A stretch of DNA of 63,849 nt, the filler included, from Craspedostauros australis (taxonomy: Eukaryota): NCBI GenBank assembly GCA_030167865.1. It is 8 parts of 8 records of this genome, joined end to end, with 100 filler letters (N's around TTAATTAATTAA, not from the genome) between each part and the next. Parts side by side here need not be neighbours in the genome. Positions count along the whole stretch, not along the records: positions 25,474 to 53,394 come from JALAGF010002545.1; 7 more parts are not named here. One strand, given 5' to 3'. Shown one piece after another: positions 32,731 through 44,883 of the stretch. The notes under the pieces are model-generated. The model saw only the letters and a list, made by a program, of their open reading frames with translations, did not search any database and was not told the origin of the DNA. The position numbers and the translations under genes are program-made. The first letter of the stretch is position 1, and every line of letters begins with the position of its first letter.

Positions 32731-34024
32731 TTAATACCGTTCTGCCATACGCTTGGCGACGTTGCGCATGCTGTTGTAGACCTTGCCAGGCGGTGCACCG
32801 AGGATGAGATCGCAGATGGCATTACGAGCGACGCGCAGGTTGGCGTAGCTGCCGAGCATGTAGACGCGAGTGTCCGCAATGACGATGCGCGTGCGCGTGG
32901 CATTCTCAATGGCAAAGCGCGTCTTACCATCCTGACCAGCGATACGACCCACGGCACGCGAGAGATGATCGCCCTTGAGGATCTTGACGTCCGTGACCTT
33001 GAAGCTCTCGACGTAGAGGTCATCCAACCGCAGCAGGGCCACGGCGTCCTGGACTTCGAATCCCATCATGAAGGCGCTGACAAAATCGGCGCCCTTTTGC
33101 AAGGCGCCGACGTCGATGGTGTGCGGTGATGTCTTCATTTCGACGCTTCGTGATTTCGTGTTGAACCGGACCTGTGCGCATGGAATATTTGTGCGTGTGC
33201 GTTGCATGATGTCATGTTGGGCAAAGGAAGATGTCAGAGGTTATTCGTGATGAAAAGAGGTCGTGCGAGCAATTTGTGCGTACTTCGTATGGCGAACATC
33301 ATCCACGCTCGAGAAATCCAGAGAACACAACTGCAGGTGGTAGAGCATAGGAAACAGTGCATCGGACAACGACCAATCGGCCGTACCGTGTCAATCAGCA
33401 TCCGACGAGGCTTCTCGGAGGGTTTGAAATTCCAAGAACAACACGCACGGACAGTTTGATATCTGTTGGCAATCACTTTCGTCATTTGCGCTGTTTCTTA
33501 TTGCTGTTGCTTTGTTGGTGTTGGTGCTGCCATCGTGGCGAATGGTGCATGTGACTGCTTGCACTTGTGCTTGCTCCTGCATTGCCACACTTCAAGAATG
33601 GTGCAATTGGTTTGCATGAGAGTACTGCACCGAACTGCAGTGTCATTCTCCACTCATGTTGTACTCATGTTGCACTCGTACGCACCTGTAACTTCAAGTA
33701 CTCCACCAACGGTGTGAGGATCTGCTCCCAATGATCGCGCAACGGAGTGTATCGGTGTGTGGGACAACGAATCCGTCGGTACTCGACCTTGTTGCCCGAT
33801 GCCTCCGCCGCCGACAGCTTGGGGAAGACAGGCTGCTGCGCGTCCGCATCCATCATGATGGTGGCACCATGCTCCTGCTGCATCGATGCGGATTGCCGTA
33901 TTCTGGATTGCACCACGGTGGGATCGATCGTCGTGGCAGCTGTGGACATGCCCATCGCGTTGTCGTAATCCATGGAGACGTTGCCAGCGGCATCCTGCTG
34001 CTGCTGTTCATGCATCATCGTCAT
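32731..34024 (-). CDS. PNO1: Pre-rRNA-processing KH-domain protein PNO1/Dim2; 2 exons (34024-33686, 33171-32731)
   Basis: HRYTPLRDHWEQI..PLVEYLKLQ|VRFN..., DHLSRAVGRIAGQDGKTRFAIENATRTRIV and LILGAPPGKVY. Intron 33685-33172. Confidence 0.95.
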
Positions 34025-34532
34025 CGTTGCGATCTTGTACTATTGTATAATATTATACAATAGTATACTCTCGCGATCTTGTGCTAGTCGCTATTGTTGC
34101 CGTTCCCGTACCTCTCTGCGGGTTAGAAATGTAATGGATTGTGGGAAAGGAGAGTGTTGCCGCCGACCTTTCTTCCTCTTTGTTGCGTCGCTGCGCTTCG
34201 TCTGTGTGGGTTGTTGTTGGATGTTTCGTTGGATGTTTCGTTGGTTGGTGATGCGTCGTCTGTCCGTCGATCGGTCTTACATCACGAAACCAACCTAAAA
34301 ATGACACCGCAAACTGATGCCAACAAGATGGCGAAAAGGGCGGACGCACAAAAAAGAAAAGAAGTGATGTTCCCATCCTTTCGCAGACCAATCCACCTTC
34401 ATTGATGTTCTCGAAACCCATCACAACCCATCACTGCTCATCAACCCTCATCAGCATCAGAATCAATCGCAGGTCCAACACTTGATCCAATCAACCAAGA
34501 TATGCACTAGTAAAGGTCTTTTGTACATCACA

Positions 34533-35713
34533 ATGCCGCTGCCATCATTCAACAATGACCCCGACACCTGGAAGTCCAACTCGTTGGTCTCCGTCACGCA
34601 GATCACGAAGGATGGCTTCGACCTCCTCGTCCAAGTGTCGCAGGAGATGAGGAACATCGTGCGCATTGACGGCGGCGACAACCGTCTGCAGCACAGATTG
34701 CTGGCCACGGTCTTTTACGAGGCCTCGACGCGCACGTCGTGCTCCTTCCAGGCCGCCATGATGCGCCTCGGTGGCAAATTCCTGCACGTTGATGGCCAAG
34801 GCAACAGCAGCGCCGCCAAGAAGAAGGAATCTCTGGAGGACACCATCCGTTGCCTCGAATGCTACGTCGACATCGTCGTGCTGCGGCATCCCGCGACGGG
34901 CAGCGTGCCCAAGGTGGCCGACGTCACATCGCGGCCGCTGCTCAATGCCGGCGACGGGATCGGGGAGCATCCCACGCAGGCGCTGTTGGACTGCTTCACG
35001 ATTTGGGACGAACTCAAGGGCGTGCCGCCCAAGATCGTCGTCTTTTTGGGTGATCTGAAGCATGGGCGCACCGTGCACAGCCTGGCCAAGCTGCTGTCGC
35101 AGCTGCAGCCCAATGCGGACCTGACGCTGCGATTCTGCGCTCCGGAGCCGTTGGGCGTGCCGCAGGGGATCTTGGACTTTTGCGCAGAACGCGGCGTCAA
35201 ATGCGAGACGCATGCGGATCTGTCAGAGGCCTGCCAGTCGGCGCAGGTGCTGTACGTCACGCGCGTGCAGAAGGAGCGGTTCGAGACGGAAGAGGCCTAT
35301 GAGGCCGTCAAGGTGAGTGCATTTGTCTGTGGTCGCCAGATTCTGCTGTGGATGGTGATGGTACTGTGCGCTGCATGGATTGTCCAACGGTTGGAACAAG
35401 ACAGCAGGCGATCGATGAGCGAGTGTGACTTCTCACACAAAGGAGCGTCCCATTATTCTTTTCACAATACTCTACAATGACATGTACGCACTATTCCGCC
35501 ACACTTGTGCAGGGATCGTACGTCGTCGACAAGGAATTCATGGACAGCAAGGCACCGAAAGATATGATCGTCATGCACCCATTGCCCCGGGTGGATGAAA
35601 TCGCAACCGATGTCGACAAGGATCCAAGGGCGGCCTACTTTCGACAGATGGAGAATGGGATGTACGTGCGCATGGCGTTGTTAGCCCTCTTGCTGGGGAA
35701 GCGGTCACCGTAG
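34533..35713 (+). CDS. pyrB: Aspartate carbamoyltransferase, monofunctional; 2 exons (34533-35312, 35513-35713)
   Basis: [55 protein letters not shown] and YFRQMENG. Intron 35313-35512. Confidence 0.95.
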
Positions 35714-36365
35714 GGTCGGGTGCCCCTCGAGCCGACGAACAGTTGGTTGCATTACCATCCGTTCTATTGCAACTCTGTCACAGGACGCCATACGAAGATA
35801 TAACAGAAAGCAACATTCATGGAGTACGAGTATAATATGCGGCTGCAGGGATGCGCGGTTGCAGTATCGCCGTCCAAACCAAAGGAAGTCGGAGGTCCAC
35901 TGTCGGAATAGTACGACTAGTACTTGTGCTACACAGTATGTTGGCGCACTTGACTATTGAGAGAATTCCTGTTCTTGTCTGTTTGGATTGGTTTGTCACA
36001 GAATCTTCATCGCAATGATTTTTCTGTAGAATGAACCGAAATTCATCCAAAATTGGTTGAGAATGTTGAACGTGACTAAATGACCCAATGCCGAGTCACG
36101 AGCGAGACAACGAGAAGAAATGAAGCAACAAGCACCGACCATGACGTTCTGCCGCCAAAGACGAAGCACGAACAAAACGCACACCGACAAGGGCCTCAAG
36201 AAGACCAAACAGCGAACAACCGACCACCTTGGTCCACTCTTAGCTCGCAGTAGTATTGGCAGAATAGGTCGTACGACTACCCATTCCATCTCTCCCTTCC
36301 TCGAGTCACCTTCGCACCTACCCACGCATACGTACATACATACGTACATACATACAACCACCACG

Positions 36366-37383
36366 ATGATGGATCCCACAGGCACGCCTGGATTGAACGG
36401 AGGACCGCAATGGGCCAACCCACAGCCGATGTCGCAGCAGCCTCAGATGACCACGAGCCATGACGAAGCCGAGTTCTTCGCACCGCTCTCCACGTTGGAC
36501 GAGCCCGTCAAGGAGACCATCATGCGGGACGTGCACGCCGTCGTGGAGAAGCTCAAGGTCGTCATGCTGCCGTTGGACCGGAATGTAAGTCGACCAGAGT
36601 AGAATCGAGTCGAGTTGGAGTAGAGTTCGAGCATGATAGTAATTGGGAAGTTGTATCTGCGGAGCAGCTTGCCCCAGGGCTCTCGGATTCGCAGTCCACC
36701 GTGAACAAGCACGAACGAGTAGAGCAGGTTGGAACGGAGCAGTTACATTCCGTTCAATCATATCTCAATTCATCATCATTCTCACGCGTCTCTCTATCTC
36801 TCCCATCTTCTTTTTTTTCACTCCGAGCATATGCCATCCCACTCCAATCCAAACCACACAGATGCCGTACCATGGATACACCGGCGTCTCCCAAACGGAA
36901 GAAATCCAGGTGACCGATCGAGATAAGGAGATCATCCAGCGACTGCGCGATTGGGATCTGTGGGGACCCTTGCTGATCTGCTTGACGTTGGGCATCCTCC
37001 TCACCTTCAAGGCGCCTGAAGGACAGGCCTCCCTCGTCTTCGCCGCCGTCTTCTGCGCCGTGTGGTTCGGTTCCGCCATCGTCACGGTCAACGCGCAACT
37101 GCTGGGTGGCACCATCTCCTTCTTCCAATCCGTCTGCGTGCTGGGATACTGCGTCTTTCCAATGACGCTCGCGGCAGCCGTCGTAGACGTGCTCAAGTCC
37201 CTCAATCTGGGTGCCTTCTCGACGGTCTGCGAAATCGCGACGCTGCTGGCGGCGTTTCTGTGGGCGACGCGCGCGTCTTCGGTCTTCATCGGCCAGTACA
37301 TACAGGCATCGCGACGGGTGCTGGCGGTCTACCCCGTCCTCTTCTTTTACACCTTCCTGGCGTGGATGATTCTGCTGTTTTAG
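36366..37383 (+). CDS. Yip1-domain Golgi membrane protein (YIPF6-like); 2 exons (36366-36584, 36862-37383)
   Basis: STLDEPVKETIMRD, LRDWDLWGPL, VTVNAQLLGGTISFFQSVCVLGYCVFP and LAVYPV. Confidence 0.92.
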
Positions 37384-37701
37384 GTCAGGTCAGGTCAAGA
37401 ATGCTCAGCGAGTGTGCCGCGGAGACTGGAGAGCGGGTAGCACAACGGATCGATGCAACGCCAGCGTAGTACGCATTGTTGTGCGATCCTCCATCAATGA
37501 ACTTGGAATAACGAAGCTGCATATGTTTTCCAACAACGAAGAGTAGCCCACTCAATTGTCCTCTTGGATGATGATGTATTCGAACGGCTTAGTTATACTG
37601 TTATTCTCTCACAACCAAACAACATAGCACAAAACAAGAAACCAGCTATCGTACTATACACATGCATCCGTTTGATACCTGCCCCCACAACCCTAGCACT
37701 C

Positions 37702-40700
37702 TCATAACTTTGGTACCGGATTCTGATCGCCGGTTTGTTTCAAGAGAATGTTGCCACTGAGTCTCTGCCCAGGCATGTATGACCAGTGCTTCTGGTGATC
37801 GGGCAGATCGACGAAGGCTCCGTCCTTCGCATCCTCGCTGCCTTCCACGGCGTACGGTTGTGCGAAGGAACTGAACAGAGGCGTATTCTGGACGCGGGAT
37901 GTATCCGCAAGCGGCACGTTCTCGCTGTACTGCCCGAAGAGCTCCTTGCGGAAGGCCTTCAGCTTCTCCAATTCCTCCGAGTTCACGCGGCCGGAGTACA
38001 TCATGGCCTGCGCCCATGGCTTTTCCACCACCTTGCCAAGGATGCTGGGACGTGCCTCGATCTGAGCCTGCATTTCCTCCACCGTGTCCGGCATGCCATC
38101 GCGGATGATCTCCTCCTTCGTGCGGTAGTACTTGCGAATGACGAAATTGTCGAACAGCATCATGAGCGGTCCGAAGACCGTCCACACAAACAGTCTCGCG
38201 AGCCAAAACGTCGCGGATTTGAATGGAAAGAGCAGCCACGCCGTTGCCAACAGCTGTTGCGCGAAGGGGTTCAGGTTGGGGATTGCGTTCAGTGTATGTT
38301 TTAAAGAGCAAGAAGTGGGAACATGTGAAACAGTGAGAGAGAGAGAGGATTACGATTCTGGCGACCTCCACGATGTCAGCACCAAGTTCGCACGTTCACA
38401 CATTCATGGGACTGTGCGTACATTTGCAAACCACCACCACCACCACCAGAAGCAGCAGCAGCAACAACAATGGAACACAACTTACCAGGCAGTTCGTGGT
38501 GAATTTGTAGGTCGAGGTGCTCTTCCAATTGACAAAGTTTCGTAGGATACGGATGATTCTTGCATTAGCTGTGATGCACATGAATGTATGGATGAATGAA
38601 TGGATGTTTACGCGAACAGCACAGTGTGTTGAGTATGAGTGTGAGTTTCAATTCAGTTCAATGCATTGGGATACAGCACGATGCATTTCACACAAGCAAA
38701 CAGCATTTCACTTACACCGAAAGAGGATGTGGACGTAGTAGAGGTAGTTGACGTAAAGCTGGGAGAAGAGTGGTCCCGACCCACGAGTGGCCGTGGAGAC
38801 GTCTTCGGCGACGGTCCTGGAGTAGATGCGGTAGACGGAGAGGGCGTAGCTCATGATTTCCGTGAGAAAGGTGGTGACGCGCGTGGTCTTGTAGAGATCG
38901 AGCTTGTCGCGCAGGTCCGCCTCGGCCTGTCCTTGACCTGGTGCGATGGTGATCTTGGAATCGCTGTGGCCGAACATGGACATGTCGTTGATTTGGCGGT
39001 AGGAACGGATCTGCTTCCATGGGTTAGGATGCGTGGCAGCGTGGTAGTTGACCGTGAGGAGGCAGTACGCGATGCCGTAGAGGAAGATGGATGGGATGAG
39101 GCTGGGGCGCTCCAAGCAGAGGATGACTGCGATGAAAAGCATGACGGAATGATGAGGGAACCAGATGGTGCGGTCCTTGCCAATTGTCAGGCGACCACGC
39201 CACAGCAGGATCTCGGCGAGGACGTCCAGGAGGTAGCAGTACTTCCTGGCGTAATCCATGAGTTCGTAGAAGTAGAGCTTGACGGATTTGACCGTGACCT
39301 CCGTCATGTCGACGGAGCCTCGGGTCAAGTACCGAATGACCTGCAGACTCTTCTTCGACCTGGTGTTGATGATGGATCTGGGTGGTGTGAAGAAGGATCG
39401 GGCCTTGCTGACCTCCGCGATGTCCGTCCAGCTCACTCGGACGCGGATGGTGATGCTCCCTTGTTGCTGCACATGTTGGTAGAATTGTTTATGCCGATGT
39501 TGAAATTGGGGGCAGTACGGGCGAAAGTATGTGGAATGTTGGCGTGAGTGGGATGCATCATCAAAAGTAAGAAATAAATGAATGAACGAACGCACATCCA
39601 ACACAGACACAATGCACCGAGATGTTATAGCGTACCTCAGTGCCGGGCGCATCGCCATCAAAGAGCGGATACGTGAGGGTGTACATCGTATCGTTCTCAA
39701 ACTCATCAAGCTTGATGGCGATACGACCGATGGGATCGTGGGACTCGAGCGGACCTTCATCGTAATCAAAGACACCGAGGAAGAGGATGGAACTGGGATG
39801 ATCAATGTTGAATCGAAAGGCGCGGAACGACCACGGCATGAACCTCGGCTGGAGGCTGTCGTGCACGACGCTGGTGCGGAAGACTGTATCCTCAAAGAGA
39901 CAGGCGCAGAAGGCGTCGGTGACGCCGTTGACGAGCTCGGTGTCCATGTTGGGCAGGTCCTCGCAACCCAAGATCTCGACGTCGAGCGTGCCGTATCCGC
40001 CCGCACCGCCGCGCACCCACTGCGTGCTGGGTCGACGCGATTCGTCGTGCAGCTGCTGTTTCGTGAGGAATTTGGTTTCTTCCGGTCGGGTCGGATCGGG
40101 GAAGGGCCACACCTGGTACAGCGTCTCCTTCTCGTTCGTGACGGGGTTGCGCACCGTTTTCTTGATCTGGCTGAAGATGTGCTTGCTGTCCGAGGTCTGG
40201 AACTCGAAGTCGTTTGCGTGGAACTGGTTCTCGTCCGTCGACGTGATCCGGATGAGCTTGCGATGCAGCTTCTTCGTCTCGCGCACGGGGTCCAGACGGC
40301 TCGTCCTGAAGCCCTTGGACAGCGACAGGCTCTCCTCCGGCAACGCCAAGCGGTACCGCAAGGACAGGAAGACGTTGGGCCGGATCTCAACCTCGTGGCG
40401 TTCCCCGACGCCCTCGATGAGCGTGTTGAAATCGAGATCGACGCAACCCACGCCATTGTCGACGCTCCTCAGCGACATTTCGGGGATGTTGATCATTTCT
40501 CCCACGGCGATCATGGATTTGTTGCGGCATAGGCGCACGCGCAGCGTTTGGCCTTCGGCGATCGTGAACGTGCAGATGCCCTTGCTGTCCAGCGTCCAGA
40601 TGGGGTCCGTGTCGTTCGAGATGGTCTTCGTGCGATGCACCTCCATGAAGTCCTCGCTGTCCTGGCCGACTTGCACGACGCAGAAGGTGTCCATGGTCTC

Positions 40701-40901
40701 GTCCTTCTTCTGCAGGAAGGACAGTCCGATGGCCCCCACCACTTCCAGCAGGATGGAGGCAGTCGCAGGCTCTCTGTACGGCTCCGACAAGGCCGGGAAG
40801 TACGTCGATTCGCCATCTTCGATGTCGTATTCACTGGTCAACGCTGTGAAGAACCCCTTCTTGTGCCGTTCGCCGGTAATGCCTGTGCAAAATCGGAACA
40901 T
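37702..40901 (-). CDS. Protein with two C2 domains and C-terminal TM region (MCTP-like); 4 exons (40901-39636, 39466-38716, 38568-38486, 38253-37702)
   Basis: C2-like motifs LEVVGAIGL..DTFCVV..HRTKTI..DPIW and LDVEILGCEDLPNMD..TDAF..FRTSVV..GVFDYD..HDPIGRI. Three in-frame GT-AG introns and hydrophobic C-terminal segments. Start uncertain. Confidence 0.82.
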
Positions 40902-41969
40902 CGTGGGCACTCTTGCAGCTGCTTCTTCTTCTGCTATTGCCACTACTGCCACTACTGCCGCTGGCGTTGTTCGTGATGGGTGTGGAGTACGATCTGCTTG
41001 ATGGCGATGGCGATGGTGATGGCGGATGGAGGTTTGGCGCCGACTCTCGAGTATTATATGTTATTGTGGCAACTGCTCCGGATCCTTCAAGGCATCAATG
41101 TGGATTCAAAGACCCTCTGCTCCGGTCACTTTGATTACTATTATTCTTCTTTGGTCGAGGAAAGCTCCGAAATGGAACGGAACACTCAAACGGAAGTGGA
41201 CAAGGTCACGGTCAATGCGTTCGATCGAGGGCAGCGATTGATTCGTGTGCAGATTCGCGACTGTGTGTTGGGGGATGATGGTGTTGTTCTCTCTCTCTCT
41301 GCACGAGCTTTTCTGTGATGTCCCTCCGCGCTTTTCCGGTTCGACACCCGTTGATTTTTTCGGAGGCCGGAACCACGATCAATGCACTTGCATCCACAGC
41401 AATACAAAAAGCGAAGCTAAATAAAGCGCCTCGACACATCCGCCATAAATACGTCGCCTCATCGCCCAACCACAACAGAAAGAACCCTTCGTCATTTGAA
41501 ATGCGCACAGCCAATGCCGTCCGATTTGCAAAAAACAGCGAGAACTTTGTTTCTTGGTTCTTGTCCGTGTTGTTGATGGTCAGACGATGGCGTTCTGTTT
41601 GATCACATGAGTCAACACGATGGTGCATCTGCGATGAAGTCTAGGGAAAGATAGATAGCGAGAACGCAACAGAATTCAGGTTACTCTTCTTCGAAGCCCC
41701 ACCACAACACCAGCATCGATGGAAAAAACAAATTATGCTATAGAATACTGGAGTAGGCATGGCAAGTAGTCGCCAGGAGGCACCAACTACATACGCAACA
41801 GTAACATTGAAAGAAGTCCGTGACGTGGCTCTCCACGGCTCTCCCTTACTTTCTTTGTCCCCATTTTCACCCCCCTTCTGTGCCGGCAACGCAATTCCAC
41901 ACTCGTCCCATGCCACACAGTGGTAGGTCCCGCACAAAGATGAATACTCCAGCACATGTCGCAATCCAT

Positions 41970-42998
41970 TCAAGTGGCCTTATCCCGCTTGCCCCTGCGT
42001 TGAGTGGTGCCACCACCGTTACCGCCGCTCTTGCTTTTCTTCTTCCCGTTCTCATCCTTCTGTTTGGGTCGCAACCGCGTCTTTGCATTCAATTCCAGCA
42101 GCTCGTCTTCCCAACCCAAAGCCTTGCACAGCGCCCGAACGTTGCTGTCGCAGTCGCCCTCAACAAAGGCGTCCTCCTTGCCATTCAACCGCATGACAAG
42201 ATCCCGATTGAACAATGCACGCTTGCAGTTCACCATGCTGGGAATTAACGAGACCGGCGCCACCTGCAACGACGTGCCCATCACGAGCAGAATGTCGGCG
42301 GCACCCACGTCGCCCTTCAGCAGTTGGTGGAATCGGTTGGGCAGCGACTCGCCGAAGAAGACGATGTCCGGTTTCACGTATCCGCCGCATCTGGAACACT
42401 GCGGCGCCGCGCTGTCGTCCACGATGGAATCCTTGACTAGCGAGCCGTCCATCGACGCGCCGCAATCGATGCACGACGCCGTGCGGAAGTGCCCGTGGCA
42501 TTCCACCAGCTCGTCGTCGGGGATGCCCGCCAGGAATTCCAGCCCGTCGATGTTCTGCGAGTAGTTGCGCAGCAGGTACCCCTTCTGGCTTAGCAAGGCG
42601 AGGAAGGAATGCGTCAAGGTCGGCGAATGCGTCAAGCCGGGCCATATCTCCTTGGCCAGCGCGCAGAACGGTTGCGGGTTGGAGCGGTAAAATCGAACAT
42701 CGAAGACGGCCTCGGGATAGGGTAGGTTGTAGGATTGCAAGTTATCGTAGAGACCCGTGCCAGGCGTTCGGAAATCGGGGATGCCCGCGGCCACGCTGAC
42801 GCCGGCCCCCGTCAGAACCAGCACTTTGGGTTTCTTTTTGCTGCTGCCGGATATCCAGTCTGCGACCTTGCGCAGGTCCTTCGAGATCTTCACGTCCTCC
42901 GAGACGCGCAGGGTGTCCTGCAACAGCGTCGAGAGGTCGTCGGCATCTGCCGTGCCGTTGCTCTTGAGCTTGGCGCCATTTGACTTTGCCTTCGGCAT
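41970..42998 (-). CDS. NAD-dependent deacetylase, class I sirtuin (SIRT2/Hst2-like)
   Basis: GAGVSVAAGIPDFRTPGTGLY, SQNIDGLE, HGHF, CxxC..CxxC, KPDIVFFGE and GTSLQVAP. The open frame extends to 43334, so the start may be further upstream. Confidence 0.93.
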   Translation of the reverse strand: MPKAKSNGAKLKSNGTADADDLSTLLQDTLRVSEDVKISKDLRKVADWISGSSKKKPKVLVLTGAGVSVAAGIPDFRTPGTGLYDNLQSYNLPYPEAVFDVRFYRSNPQPFCALAKEIWPGLTHSPTLTHSFLALLSQKGYLLRNYSQNIDGLEFLAGIPDDELVECHGHFRTASCIDCGASMDGSLVKDSIVDDSAAPQCSRCGGYVKPDIVFFGESLPNRFHQLLKGDVGAADILLVMGTSLQVAPVSLIPSMVNCKRALFNRDLVMRLNGKEDAFVEGDCDSNVRALCKALGWEDELLELNAKTRLRPKQKDENGKKKSKSGGNGGGTTQRRGKRDKAT

Positions 42999-44883
42999 GG
43001 TGATGTCAGCTGCTCTCAATGCCGTTGACGCGAAAGTCGACGTCACAGTTGCTTGTGCAATGTTCTTTGTGGCGAATCTTCGTCTCCGTTGCTGTTTCCA
43101 ATGGATGCTGTCGCAAACACGAGAGATGGAATGAGGCGTGAAGGAAGCAAGGGGATTGGTCAGGTTGAGGTTGCGGTTGCAGTGGCGGTTGCGGTTGATG
43201 GATCGGTGACAGGAGACAAGCTTGCGACGTTGATGATGAAGCTGCCCAGATGGCGGGATCCTCATTTGTTGGTGTTTTGTGGGGCAGATGCTTCGTTTCA
43301 GTGATTCATTTCGGTGAAGTTCAGTAACGCGCAAACACGAGTTGTTCCCTGTCGCGTCAGCGAGGTCGGAGGCATGAACAGGGAGCCGAATGGGAATATA
43401 TGTATTTTGTAGTTTATATCGCGCAAATCAACGATATTAGCTATCAGTTCGATCACACTCAAAGAAAGTAAGTGCCATTAACCCCTCGTCTTTCTGGTGG
43501 CGCAGATATCATCTGAAGCGAAGGATACTCTAGTGGTACACGGTCGATCCAAACATGTGACGAATTGTTTCAGATCGCAAGAAATGCTATTGGTCCCGCG
43601 CCAACTTGCGCTTGCGTTTGGAGAACAAGCAGGGCAGACTCAACATTGCCTCCAGCGCAGATGCAGAAATCGCCCACCGCAGCAACCATCTATCGCAGCC
43701 TCCTTACGCAACCGAATAGCCGAACCCGCCGCTATCGCTCAGACTGGACGCAAAAGTTTGTGGTGCTCTCCCTTGTGCTCTGGTACCTCTTTCTGACAAG
43801 ATCTTAGCACAAGGCCGCCTCCGCCGCACGCTCTCCTTCTCTTTCTGTTCTTTCTTGTCCAAATTCTTTTGCTGGCATGGGCTTTCTGGCTGGTGGCCCC
43901 AATCTGGATGAGGACGACCTATTTCTTGCAATTACGGAACTTTCTCACCGTTTCAGTTTTCCGCTTTTGAGGCGTGCTGTCCATGCAATGATGGACAATG
44001 CTCTTTCGAATTGACGCCATCGAGCAAACAGAGACCCATTGCGCCGCGTTGTCAGTTGGCTGCTGCGGTTTGCCGTGATGCCTCGTGGGTATTTGTGCAC
44101 GCGAGCAGTATCGTATTGTTTGTATGGCGCAGGTATGATTGAAGCAGCGAGGAGGTCATGAACACAAGAATAAATATGCTGTACACTGTTGCACTTCCGT
44201 CTTCTCGTAGCCCGCACAGCACAATGAGATGAATCTAACCCAACCCTGGGAACATTCACGGGTCATTTGGCGTCAGCGGATCAAGTTGGCATACTTTGTG
44301 ATGATGGAGAAGCCTGTCCAAACGTCGTGAAGTGAAGCGGTTACGGTCTTCACAAGAAGACAAAGGACACAAGGCACCTTAGTGCGCGGATGCATGTGGT
44401 TGTCGTGACACTTGGACACAAATCCGAAGCGGGAAGGGCCTTGCACGTGTTGGCTCTCAACCGTGCTGTTTTTCTTGTGTTGTTGAATCTTGGCGTCCCA
44501 AGACATCAACGTATCGTCATTTCTTCGCTCCACCCATTGCGGAAGAACAGCATCTTGCATCCTCGGACATGCTGTTCTTCTGCCGCTCTTGCCCTCGGCT
44601 GTTCGCAAAGAAACTGTGTGACGCTCTCCTGTCGATGGCGAACCATGCGTTCAATCACGTCCGTGGTGTTCCAAGAAGTTGTTCCTTTCGCTCTTAGATT
44701 TCTTACTTCTCGCTCTTTGGTCCTGTGGACGCCAACGTCGTTGTCGCCGCTCCGCACAGAGTGACATCACCGGTGGTATCGTGACCAGACCATCCGCTTT
44801 GCGAAGTCACACACAAAACCGAAGGCCACAAAGGAATTGGTTGGAAAACAACAAAGCGCGGCAAAGGGCTCCGAACGACGTCC

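Noticed and set aside
43400..44880. Several short ORFs between the sirtuin and the receptor cyclase
   Set aside because: No homology or splice pattern I can recognise; treated as intergenic.
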